The notes below the pieces were generated by a model that worked only from the letters and a program-made list of their open reading frames with translations, was not told the origin of the DNA and did no database searches. 37,804 bases of DNA. Source: Candidatus Cloacimonadota bacterium (GTDB lineage Bacteria > Cloacimonadota > Cloacimonadia > JGIOTU-2). The stretch's first letter is position 1. Every line of letters starts with the position of its first letter. Positions 29,351 to 37,804 of this stretch are shown here, in pieces. The stretch spans positions 1-37,804 of the forward strand of contig JBNGBT010000014.1 of the NCBI GenBank assembly GCA_049903315.1. The letters run 5' to 3'. A program made the translations under genes and the position numbers.

Positions 29351-30010
29351 ATGGCATTACCAACAGCATATTTAACAAGTAATAAAAGGCTTCCAGAAAT
29401 GTTTGAATCTATGCAAACCGCGAAAGCCCCAGAAAAATTTACTCAGAGATTTCTAGAGAGTCTAGGGTTTAAATCCAAAGGAGATAGATTAGTTATCAAT
29501 GTTCTTAAGAAACTTGGGTTTCTTGATGATACAGGTCATCCAGTTGATCGATATTTTCGATTCCTAGATCAATCACAATCAGCGATCGTTCTTGCGGAAG
29601 GAATTGAGGAAGCATATGAAGACTTATTCGAAGTAAGAAAAGATGCTCAAAATCTTACTAGATCGGAAGTAGTTGGAAAACTCAAGACCCTGTCTCAAGG
29701 ACAATATTCTGATGTTGTTATTAACTATATGGCCTCAACATTCTTGGCTCTGTGTTCTTTGGCCGACTTCGAAACTGAACCTGCCAAAATTATAACCCAA
29801 GAAAGGATTTCTAAGCCTGAAAAAGAAATTACCAGATCGCAAACCATTGGTAATCTGGAAGGTAAAAAACAAGCCACCACAGTAGAAGAAGGTCATTCCA
29901 ACTTAAAATTTGGTGGTTTAGTTTACAACATACAAATAGTACTTCCAGAGACGAGAGACCCAAAGGTATATGATGCTTTATTTAAGAGTTTAAAAGAGCA
30001 TATACAGTGA
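29351..30010 (+). CDS. DUF5343-like domain protein
   Basis: MALPTAYL, APEKFTQRFLESLGFKS, LKKLGFLD, TFLALCSLADF and YNIQIVLPETRDPKVYDALFKSLKEH; start placed after GGAGA RBS. Confidence 0.85.
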   Translation: MALPTAYLTSNKRLPEMFESMQTAKAPEKFTQRFLESLGFKSKGDRLVINVLKKLGFLDDTGHPVDRYFRFLDQSQSAIVLAEGIEEAYEDLFEVRKDAQNLTRSEVVGKLKTLSQGQYSDVVINYMASTFLALCSLADFETEPAKIITQERISKPEKEITRSQTIGNLEGKKQATTVEEGHSNLKFGGLVYNIQIVLPETRDPKVYDALFKSLKEHIQ

Positions 30011-30588
30011 GCGATAGTATTAGTAAGATTTACGAGTTTGCATTCAAAGGACTTCTTACTGAAGAATCTTTGGACGGTACTAGACGGCAAACAACACGAA
30101 GTCTTGCGTTGACTCAAGAACAGATTTCGAAATCACTTTCTATTGATCTCATGGATGATGATATCACCAAAGCAGCCCGACAAATGTCAATAGTTTATAC
30201 AGCTACAGCATCATTTGAGAACTCAGTTCGAGAATTAGTTGCTGGAATTCTATTGGAGAAAGTTGGTGAGAAATGGTGGAGCAAAGTCGCAAAAGGGATT
30301 CGAGAGCCAGCGGAGAAAAGAATGAATGATGAGAAAAATGCTAAATGGCATACACAAAGAGGCCAAGATCCGATTAAGTATACAACTCTAAGTAACTTAT
30401 TAGCCCTTATCAGACATAATTGGATACATTTTGAGCCACACATTCAGAATCTTGAATGGGCGACTGCAATTTTTGATGCGATCGAGCGATCTAGAAATGT
30501 AATAATGCATAGTGGACAACTGGAGAAGGAAGATATAGAAAGACTCGGGATTTATATTCGAGACTGGGTTAAGCAGGTTGGGTTATAA
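30007..30588 (+). CDS. Swt1-like HEPN domain protein (putative RNase)
   Basis: FENSVRELV; R-x4-H motif RNVIMH; GTGA overlap with the DUF5343 gene. Confidence 0.88.
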   Translation: MSDSISKIYEFAFKGLLTEESLDGTRRQTTRSLALTQEQISKSLSIDLMDDDITKAARQMSIVYTATASFENSVRELVAGILLEKVGEKWWSKVAKGIREPAEKRMNDEKNAKWHTQRGQDPIKYTTLSNLLALIRHNWIHFEPHIQNLEWATAIFDAIERSRNVIMHSGQLEKEDIERLGIYIRDWVKQVGL

Positions 30589-30594
30589 GACTGG

Positions 30595-30653
30595 TGCTAA
30601 CAAAACCTATATGCAATGCCGTCGGGACACTGCGTATTGCCAGAACGTTGTGC
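30595..30653 (+). other. attC recombination site (59 bp)
   Basis: TGCTAAC...GTTGTGC ends with inner arms ATATGCAATG/CACTGCGTAT, starting 6 bp after a stop codon. Confidence 0.75.
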
Positions 30654-31912
30654 TTCATGTAAAAAAAACTAAACAAAATGAGATAATATGACTAATTCAA
30701 AAGCTTTATTTTACCCATCAATCGAAATCACTAATGAAAACTGGTTAAAAGCAAACTTATTATTTTGGGATGAGATTAAAACAATTGTTCCCGAATCAAT
30801 AGAATATCCTTATAACAATGAAACAACCGCGATTCTTTTTGAAAGAGAAATTCTTAAACCTGTAATTGTCAATCCAGACCATGAAATTGTTCGAGAATTA
30901 TCGGATTTTATTCTTGAATTTCTAAATACTGAAGAAGGTCTTCAGCTTTTAGCCCCATCAGATGAATATTCTAAGATTCATACTGATAAAATGGCTCTGT
31001 TGCATAATGATAAAATGGGACATAGAATGGAAAGGCTGCTAAGACTTCATCCTATGAAAATGGCTCATGAATTACAATATATGTTGGAAGACGGAATGAT
31101 GGATGGGTGGTTAATGGTTAATTCGTCATTTGCAGGTTACTATATGACAATACTAGCTAATAAAATATGTGATGAAAGTGGATTGAGGCTTTTAACGAAT
31201 AACCCATTGTGTTCAAGCCTATCAAACAAAGTGAAGCAAGGATTAAAAGGATTAAACCCTGAAAATAGAATCTATAGAGCTGAAAGAATCAATCGTCAAC
31301 TTGCAAATGGAATTTTTACCAATTTGATTATTGAAACTATTGAGTTTCACCCGTCAACAAATGTGAATGAAATATTATCTTTTAAAAATAACCACTCCGA
31401 TGCTCTAGGGTTGTTCAGAACTAATATGAAAAAACTTCTAGAAAAGGTTTCCACAGACTCATCAATCAAGGCACTAAGGGAAGAAGTTGAAAGTGTCTAT
31501 CAAGATGAATTTATCCCTTCCTTTAATAGTTTAAAAAAACAACTTGACAACTCTCCAATTAAATGGACATGTGATAATGTTGCTAAAATTGGATTTTTCT
31601 CTGTTGGCACTACAGCAATTCCTACATACTTACTTGGATTAACTGTACCTCAAGCCTTGATAGCAGGTGCAGGAATTTCATTAGTGACTTCATTGATTTC
31701 TTATAATCTTGATAAGCAGAAAGCATTAAGAGAAAATCCATATAATTATTTACTTGAAATTAATCGAGAATTATAAAAGCACGAAAGCACAACATTTTGT
31801 TTGGGTAATGGCAGAGATATTAGCTAATTACGAGGATTGTAGCTCGCTCTAACAGCGTAGTGGTTATAAAGGAAAGTGCCACGCAATCTACCACTACCCA
31901 TACAATTTACCG
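30648..31912 (+). mobile_element. Integron-like gene cassette 2 (DUF6236-like gene)
   Basis: Start G|TTGTGCTT (30647) is the exact complement of AAGCACAAC (31785-31793) after the gene. Confidence 0.8.
30688..31776 (+). CDS. DUF6236-like protein with C-terminal hydrophobic hairpin
   Basis: ALFYPSIEI...WLKANLLFWDEIKTIVP, YMTILA, two C-terminal hydrophobic helices and NPYNYLL. Confidence 0.75.
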   Translation: MTNSKALFYPSIEITNENWLKANLLFWDEIKTIVPESIEYPYNNETTAILFEREILKPVIVNPDHEIVRELSDFILEFLNTEEGLQLLAPSDEYSKIHTDKMALLHNDKMGHRMERLLRLHPMKMAHELQYMLEDGMMDGWLMVNSSFAGYYMTILANKICDESGLRLLTNNPLCSSLSNKVKQGLKGLNPENRIYRAERINRQLANGIFTNLIIETIEFHPSTNVNEILSFKNNHSDALGLFRTNMKKLLEKVSTDSSIKALREEVESVYQDEFIPSFNSLKKQLDNSPIKWTCDNVAKIGFFSVGTTAIPTYLLGLTVPQALIAGAGISLVTSLISYNLDKQKALRENPYNYLLEINREL

Positions 31913-31918
31913 TTGGGT
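31787..31918 (+). other. attC recombination site (132 bp)
   Basis: GCACAAC...GTTGGGT (GTTRRRY) ends with long arms TTGTTTGGGTAATGG/CCACTACCCATACAA. Confidence 0.8.
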
Positions 31919-31934
31919 GCAAGATAAAAAAATA

Positions 31935-32955
31935 ATGACAGATAGCTTTACATATATGGGAGTTTGGTTTCTTCCAGATAATCCAGACAACCAAGTAACA
32001 GGGACTTTAACTTTTGATCTACAGGTTGGCATTGAGTTAGAGTTAATGGGAAAACTTGTAGGATTTAGGTCAAGTAAAGACATACATGAACCCAAATTCA
32101 TTATCGGTTTGACTACGGACGGGACAGTTTTAACTCTTTACAAATGCTTTCAATCCAACCGTTCTATGAGCCACAATGGATTAGAAACTTGTAAATATTC
32201 CATGATCTCCATTCTAAAAGGAGCGCATTTCGAGACAGAAGCAGACATAATTTTCAATTCCGTAACAGGTCGGCTGAAAAATCTCGAAGAATGGATTAGC
32301 GAATTCGGATTTAAGAAAGTGGACACTGACTTTAAAACAAAAACCACCGAAATAGATTACGAACTGCCTAGTCCGATTGAGTTTAAAGCTACTCCAGCCC
32401 TAACAGGTAAACTTAACTTTACTTATTCACCTCCATTTTCCAGGCACACAAGCAAAGTCGAACTGGTGCAAAAAGTTTCGGTAATACTTGAAACTAAGAC
32501 TGCGAAATCCTTTTAGGACATATTAGACGACTTATTCCATTTTCAAAACTTCTTGACTCTTGGAACATTTGAGGCCACACAACCAATATCTATTTATCTT
32601 AAAAACAATAAATTGAAACAGGACATTGGAAAGGAAAAAATTCCACAAAGAGTTGAGGTGTTTTTTTGCTATTCGGTAATTGCCAGACCAATAAAAAAGA
32701 AAGAATATTGTGAGTTCTTTTTCAATTATCTGGATATAGCTTCCAAATTCTCTGAGATCATTGCAAAATGGTACGCTATTAGAAAGACAATCCGACCTAT
32801 AACTAATTTGCTTTTTGATAGTTTTTACAACGCTGGAAATTTCACAGAAAACAGTTTCTTAAATACTTCCCAAGCTATTGAGACTTTCCACAGGCGATTT
32901 AGAAAAAACGAAGTCCTTCTTAAGAAAGACCACAAAAAGAAAATCAAAGAAATCT
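31935..32955 (+). pseudogene. ApeA-like (ApeA N-terminal domain plus HEPN) gene, cassette 3; in-frame TAG and 3' truncation
   Basis: GVWFLPDNP...GTLTF, TLYKC, NLEEW and FLNTSQAIETFHR; TAG at 32514-32516 in frame with ORF 32553; no R-x4-H motif and no attC after ~32955. Confidence 0.8.
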
Positions 32956-33195
32956 TTTATACAGGCGACCCAAGGCACAAAGAGGGTGATAATTTATATA
33001 CAGTCCGTGTCGATGGGGATAATATTGTAGCGGGAGGTAATAGATGGGGAGAAGGATATTACATACATGCACTTGCAGTACGTGGTGTTAGAGAGAACCA
33101 GTAATTAGAATTATCAACCAGTATACTTCCTGTCCTCAATCTAATCCCTTTCTTGAATTAGCTTAGAAAATCTCGCACTATTCAAGCACAATCCT

Positions 33196-33233
33196 GAAAC
33201 TCGCAACAAAAGTATGGTTATGTTACGAGTTTC
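33196..33233. other. dif-like tyrosine recombinase site (11-6-11 with extended IR)
   Basis: GAAAC-TCGCAACAAAA-GTATGG-TTATGTTACGA-GTTTC; the right arm resembles the XerD arm TTATGTTAAAT. Confidence 0.6.
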
Positions 33234-33303
33234 ATTACAGATTGGCGGGTAATGTAGCGAGTCCTTCAAGTATTGTTGTCAATTCCCTCCAAGTTTAAGA
33301 TAG

Positions 33304-33322
33304 AAAAGAGCCGAAGCGGCTC
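33304..33322 (-). terminator. Intrinsic terminator of the small recombinase gene
   Basis: Minus strand GAGCCG-CTT-CGGCTC-TTTT directly at the stop codon. Confidence 0.75.
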
Positions 33323-33921
33323 TAATCCAACTTTTCCAACGCTTCATCCAGATCCTTACTGATCACATCGCTATAAACCGAAGTAGTGGTGATGTTGCTG
33401 TGGCCAAGCTGTTTTTGAACAAGTCGGAGATTATAATCCGAGGCTTTGTACAGATTGGTTGCATAAGTATGCCGCAAGGAGTGGATGGAATGGTGTTCTG
33501 CAATTCTTGCCATTTTCGCAAGATTTTTAAAAACTCTGCCAATCCCAAAGCGGGTCATCTGCTCACCGCGTTCTGAGTGAAACAGATAAGGACTGTGACT
33601 GATGCGGTAATCCAGATAATCTGAGATTAGATTTTTCAAAGCCGAGTTAAAAGCCACAACTCGATCTTTGCCACCTTTCCCATTTCGGACAATCAGTGAG
33701 TTCTGACCTTTGCCGAGATGTACGTCGGTGACTTTGAGATTGGTCATTTCTGAAACCCGCAGACCCGTACCCAGAGCAAGTTCAATGATCAGATGATTCC
33801 GGACAGCAGTTTGATTCCCCTTACTTCTGGCAATGATAGCTTGATCTGATGCCACTTTGCGAAGTGCTTTTACCTCCTCTTCATTGAGGTATTTTTCTGG
33901 TGTGATTCTCCATTTTGACAT
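33322..33921 (-). CDS. Small (catalytic-domain-only) tyrosine recombinase
   Basis: TGLRVSE, GKGGKDR, HSLRH, LGH and SVY all intact; AGGAG RBS. Confidence 0.93.
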   Translation of the reverse strand: MSKWRITPEKYLNEEEVKALRKVASDQAIIARSKGNQTAVRNHLIIELALGTGLRVSEMTNLKVTDVHLGKGQNSLIVRNGKGGKDRVVAFNSALKNLISDYLDYRISHSPYLFHSERGEQMTRFGIGRVFKNLAKMARIAEHHSIHSLRHTYATNLYKASDYNLRLVQKQLGHSNITTTSVYSDVISKDLDEALEKLD

Positions 33922-34052
33922 GATGTTCTCCTATTAATGATTCATTGTTCTTATACCAATTGTCTGACTCAATTGGATTCCTAGTATGTGGATCAGTGTC
34001 ATAGATTTACATTAAATTGATTACCAATATAATATTTAGAAGGAGAAGTGAT

Positions 34053-34469
34053 ATGAGTCCATACTACAGATTTGAATCTGGAATTGGACTAGAACAGATC
34101 AGGAGAAGTGGTTGGCTAAAGAGAACCCAACATCCTTGGGCCTCATACCCTCCATATACTGTAATTCTTCTATTTGAGTGTGATAATCTTCAATACATAA
34201 TCGAACAATATGCTGATGGTATTGCAGATCTACATTCACTTGAAGAAGGTGAGATTCAGTACATCTTAAAGATTTCTCGCTTACCCCAAAAAACAGAACC
34301 AGATAAATCAGCCGAGTGGTGGCCAGAATCGATTGCCCATTTCGGGGATATTCCACGTAACAACTTATCTTTGATAGGACATAGGATTATCAAGACATCA
34401 CCTTCTGGTCAGGTGATGAGCTCAACCTTCGAAATTTACCCAAAAGAAAAACCTATCGGAAAAGACTAA
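34053..34469 (+). CDS. Hypothetical protein, possible KptA/DUF952-like ART fold
   Basis: AGGAG RBS before ATG 34053; YRFES..LEQIRRSGWL...ILKI...HFGDIP pattern. Confidence 0.55.
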   Translation: MSPYYRFESGIGLEQIRRSGWLKRTQHPWASYPPYTVILLFECDNLQYIIEQYADGIADLHSLEEGEIQYILKISRLPQKTEPDKSAEWWPESIAHFGDIPRNNLSLIGHRIIKTSPSGQVMSSTFEIYPKEKPIGKD

Positions 34470-34471
34470 TC

Positions 34472-35159
34472 ATGGTTGAATTAACAGTATCCACAAGGCC
34501 AGTTCTCTCAGTCATGCACATCAGAGCAGCAATATTTTTTTCAATGCGCAGAAGAATTAGAGATAGATAAAATACGTGATCGCAGGACGAGAAAAATTGA
34601 GTATCCAAAATATACTGCCTATAATACAAACACAATTCTCTCAACTGTTGCATTCTTAGAGTCAACCATCAACGAGTTCTTTGAACGTGCTTCTGATGAA
34701 GATGATGATTTCGGTGGTTTAACACCTCAAGACCTTGAAGCGTTAGAGACTACTTGGCGAGATAATAAACGCAATCTAGAGCGAAGCAGTATTTTAAATA
34801 AATATGATGTCGCAACCGAAATACTCGGGCTTCCAAAAATACCCAAAGGGGAAAGCCCTTATCAGGATGTTTCTCTATTGATCAAAATCAGAAATGAGTT
34901 GGTGCACTATAAGGGGAAAATGGTCCATACAAAGTTAGATTTAAGAATTAGAGCTACCGCAACAAGTTTTCACCCGCTCGAATCAAGCATCAATGGGAGA
35001 TTTGAAATTAATCCTCGTATTGCTCCGGGTAATCCATTTTTCCCAAGCAAAGTGATAGGTATTAATTGCAGCAGGTGGGCAATTAAAATGGCAATGACAT
35101 TTACAGACATATTCTTCGAACAGTTAGGCGTCAAAGCATCTTATGAGGGATTGCTGTAG
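34472..35159 (+). pseudogene. HEPN domain protein with a single frameshift near a T7 tract
   Basis: MVELTVSTRPVLSVMHIRAAIFF, then after a shift at ~34540 one open frame with AFLESTINE, ILNKYD and R-x4-H RNELVH. Confidence 0.78.
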
Positions 35160-35181
35160 GCTTGGCTCAGGTAGAAGCGTG

Positions 35182-35910
35182 TTAAGATAATGACAACTCA
35201 AGTCTGTGCTTTATCTTCTCCCAATCGGGGATGACAGATTCAAGAAGCTCATAAAAATCCGGTCCATGGTCATGGTGTTTCAAATGGCACAGTTCATGGA
35301 TCACTACATAATCGATGCATTCCTTGGGGGCTCGTACGAGATCCGGGTTGAGAGTTAACCTTCCACTTGGGGATAAACTGCCCCATCTTCTTTTCATTGT
35401 TCTGATGACGAATGTTGGTTTGTTCAATCCTGAACCATTAAAAATAGACCAACAACGCTCGAAGCTATTCCCCAGCTGAATAGCTGCTTTATCAGTATAC
35501 CATTGCTGGAGTAATTCTCTGGTCCTCTCGGTTGTAATAGCTTTAGTATGTGAAACTACAAATTTGCCATGAATCAATTTGACAAACTCCGTATCGCCAG
35601 TTACTGTTTTTATACGATATTGTCTGCCTAAGTATAGATGAGTTTCACCCGGGATATAGTTGCGGAGAGGTGTTTTAGGGGTGAATTGGTTAAAGTACTT
35701 AATCTGCTTCATTATCCACCTAGCTCTTTTACAAACCTTCAGGTCAATGGCTGAAACATCAGCGGATTTTGGGGCGGTGACAATTACTGTACAATCTGGG
35801 TGAACAGCAATTTCTAGAGATTTTCTATTAGCCCAAATAACCCGAAATTCTATTGTGCTGGATCCATATTGTATAATCCGATTGATATCTGCAACACCTT
35901 CGATGATCAG
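35182..35910 (-). CDS. M48/YgjP-like (DUF45) zinc metallopeptidase associated with type I R-M
   Basis: GETHLYLGRQY, RRWGS and YVVIHELCHL; frame stays open 66 codons above the listed ATG (RKSLEIAVHPD..VIVTAP) to a CTG overlapping the hsdR stop. Confidence 0.88.
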   Translation of the reverse strand: MIIEGVADINRIIQYGSSTIEFRVIWANRKSLEIAVHPDCTVIVTAPKSADVSAIDLKVCKRARWIMKQIKYFNQFTPKTPLRNYIPGETHLYLGRQYRIKTVTGDTEFVKLIHGKFVVSHTKAITTERTRELLQQWYTDKAAIQLGNSFERCWSIFNGSGLNKPTFVIRTMKRRWGSLSPSGRLTLNPDLVRAPKECIDYVVIHELCHLKHHDHGPDFYELLESVIPDWEKIKHRLELSLS

Positions 35911-37804
35911 TAACTCCTATGTTTTGCCACTTGCATCACGCGCTTAATAATTTCATCCATTTGATCCAGTGAGAATTCGATTTTTTCAGCAGTTTTCAAC
36001 TGGTCATATAAGTAATCATCTATGTCGTTAATAGTTTGATTCTGGGCATCGTCGTCGTCCCAATAGTTGACCTTGTAATACCTCCTCAGAATGGTGTCAA
36101 TGGCTATAGCAGTATCAGCTGAGATCTTTTCTGTCCTAGTTTTATCAGAGACATGTGGTTCAATGATTGGTTTCAATATACCAAAATATGCCATGGCATC
36201 TTCATTTTCTGTGAGAACATCCGGGACATTGTCGTGTACTTTTCCAACTACCTTATCCCGTATTTCGATGACCTTATTCAGATACTCCATATCAGAGATT
36301 CTCTTTGACCTGAAGCCTTCAATTGCCTGCTGAATTAGCTTTGAGAATTTGTCGTAGAAGGCAGGATCCTCATCCATTTTTTCGGTGATTGCCTTCTTTG
36401 TTGCATGGGCAATTGTATCCGCTTTGGATGCAGTGGTTTTCTTTGCTTGATACTCACCCTGATCTTCCTTGACCTGATCAAACATTTTATCATCAAAGAT
36501 GTTGACAGGCTCGTTCAACTGGATAACTTCATTTGCTTGTATCTGGGTATCGAGTAATTTCTTTATTTTCGGTTCGTAATCCCTATAGTCAATCGATTCA
36601 GCATATCGCAGTTTTACCGATTTCCTCAATGCGTGGAATCTTTTCAGGTCAGATTTATATCTGCGAATTAGTGATTCATCCGTCTCAGCGAGGAACTGGT
36701 CAGATGACAGTGCAATTGCAAGTGATTTACTAAACTCAGTTAGTAACGCATAAAACTCTTCACGCAATTCATCGTCTGCTAGAAGCAGCTCATACTCTTC
36801 TTCATCTAAGGAATACTTAACCGATTTGAATAAATCCCATAGAATTGAATACCGCTCCGGTAATTTCTCAATTTCATCATTAATAGATGCGAGAGTGCCC
36901 ACTATATCGGATTCATCAAATCCTTCGAAGGCACTATACATGGTTAATGCAGTATCCAGTTCTCCCAGGATACTTGCATAATCAATGATGAAACCGAAGT
37001 CTTTACCCTCATATATACGGTTGACTCTGGCGATAGCTTGGAGCAATGTGTGTTCACGCAGAGTTCTGCATAAATACAGAACTGTATTCTTTGGGGCATC
37101 AAACCCGGTAAGCAGCTTATCGACAACAATTAATATCTCAGGTTGACTACCGTGCTTAAATTGATTGATGAGTTGCTTGTTGTATTCCTCTTCGCTCCCA
37201 AACCGCTTCATCATTTTCTGCCAGAACTTTACAACTTCATCTTTGGGTTGATCATCTGTCTCTTCATAACCTTCGCGTGTATCCGGAGGGGAGATGACCA
37301 CAGCCGATTCTACTAACCCGATCTCATCCAGGTATGACTTGTATTTCAATGCGGATGCCTTATTGGGAGCAACCAATTGTGCTTTGAAGCCGGTTCCCTG
37401 CCAGTTTGCCCTGAAATGATCGCTTATATCAAAGGCTCTCATGTAGATCACCTGATCTGTTTTATTAAGCATTTCTGCTCGCGCATATTTACGTTTCAGA
37501 TCAGCCTTTTGATCTTCGGTAAGCCCTTGAGTATGGCGTTCGAACCAGAGATCAACCGCCTTTTTGTTCTGTGTCATCTCAACATGACGACCTTCATATA
37601 GCAATGGTACTACTGCACCATCTTCCACGGCCTGCGTGATGGAATAGTGTGGTTCAACTAATTTCCCAAACTTAGCAAAATTGTTTTTTTCTTTCTTCAG
37701 AAGTGGAGTACCAGTAAACCCTAAATATGAAGCGTTTGGAAACATCTGTCTCATTCTGGCAGAGAAGGACCCAAACTGGGTACGATGACTTTCATCAACC
37801 AGTA
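35907..37804 (-). CDS. hsdR: Type I restriction endonuclease subunit R (5'-truncated by window end)
   Basis: DESHR, GFTGTP, DGAVVPL, LLTGFDAP, LQAIARVNR and IIDY; DUF3387-like tail. Confidence 0.97.
   Translation of the reverse strand, partial: LVDESHRTQFGSFSARMRQMFPNASYLGFTGTPLLKKEKNNFAKFGKLVEPHYSITQAVEDGAVVPLLYEGRHVEMTQNKKAVDLWFERHTQGLTEDQKADLKRKYARAEMLNKTDQVIYMRAFDISDHFRANWQGTGFKAQLVAPNKASALKYKSYLDEIGLVESAVVISPPDTREGYEETDDQPKDEVVKFWQKMMKRFGSEEEYNKQLINQFKHGSQPEILIVVDKLLTGFDAPKNTVLYLCRTLREHTLLQAIARVNRIYEGKDFGFIIDYASILGELDTALTMYSAFEGFDESDIVGTLASINDEIEKLPERYSILWDLFKSVKYSLDEEEYELLLADDELREEFYALLTEFSKSLAIALSSDQFLAETDESLIRRYKSDLKRFHALRKSVKLRYAESIDYRDYEPKIKKLLDTQIQANEVIQLNEPVNIFDDKMFDQVKEDQGEYQAKKTTASKADTIAHATKKAITEKMDEDPAFYDKFSKLIQQAIEGFRSKRISDMEYLNKVIEIRDKVVGKVHDNVPDVLTENEDAMAYFGILKPIIEPHVSDKTRTEKISADTAIAIDTILRRYYKVNYWDDDDAQNQTINDIDDYLYDQLKTAEKIEFSLDQMDEIIKRVMQVAKHRSY

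Larger units (their letters stand above)
29324..30647 (+). mobile_element. Integron-like gene cassette 1 (two genes: DUF5343 and Swt1-HEPN)
   Basis: Begins at G|ATAGCACCA (29323), a 1-mismatch complement of TGGTGCTAAC (30592-30601) in the downstream attC. Confidence 0.7.

Noticed and set aside
31860..31934. GTG start extension of the ApeA-like ORF
   Set aside because: Lies inside attC; ATG 31935 fits the family N-terminus and the cassette boundary
14385..32516. Many in-frame stops (istA, istB, tnpA, integrase, ApeA) suggesting stop-codon recoding
   Set aside because: All three stop types occur alongside frameshifts, and intact genes end normally in TAA, TAG and TGA. Pseudogenisation or sequence error fits better.
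33322..33921. Small recombinase as the integron integrase IntI
   Set aside because: Only 199 aa, with no N-terminal domain or IntI-specific insertion, and it lies beyond a truncation junction
366..37601. Short 60-100 aa ORFs overlapping or antisense to real genes (e.g. 1191, 5628, 9284, 17910, 23333, 30195, 36091)
   Set aside because: Shadow frames with no motifs; the overlapping genes explain the sequence
1..37804. tRNA, rRNA, CRISPR array, retron or other reverse transcriptase
   Set aside because: None recognised by eye; no cas or RT ORF in the window

Overview
AT-rich accessory/defence island, probably from an FCB-group bacterium. This is inferred from a T9SS-type C-terminal sorting-domain protein with dockerins and a GCT...ALNY...DD.SC motif, typical of Marinimicrobia-like genomes. 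From left to right: (1) the right end of an IS21 (istB plus terminal repeats) cutting a STAS/SpoIIAA-like gene; (2) a PepSY-type lipoprotein and an IS200/605-derived mini-element; (3) a lipoprotein plus TPR regulator with twin Fis-like HTHs; (4) a five-gene EEP nuclease/DUF6765/membrane protein/lipoprotein/small protein cluster; (5) a three-gene operon encoding a putative ADP-ribosyltransferase-fold protein, an unknown helical protein and a PIN-like+TPR protein; (6) a radC pseudogene hit by an IS21 (9-bp target duplication) and an IS200; (7) a large dockerin/cohesin T9SS-type protein and a repeat lipoprotein; (8) a STAND-like NTPase with a membrane-anchored partner; (9) an archaeal-type tyrosine recombinase with one nonsense codon, followed by an array of integron-like gene cassettes with attC sites (DUF5343+Swt1-HEPN, DUF6236-like, truncated ApeA-like) and no recognisable IntI; (10) a small tyrosine recombinase with a dif-like site, an ART-like+HEPN pair, and the 3' end of a type I R-M locus (hsdR plus M48/YgjP peptidase). 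The best novelty candidates are the attC cassette array of defence-type genes, the ART-like/X/PIN-TPR operon and the EEP-DUF6765 cluster. Family assignments come from motif recognition by eye; no database searches were run.
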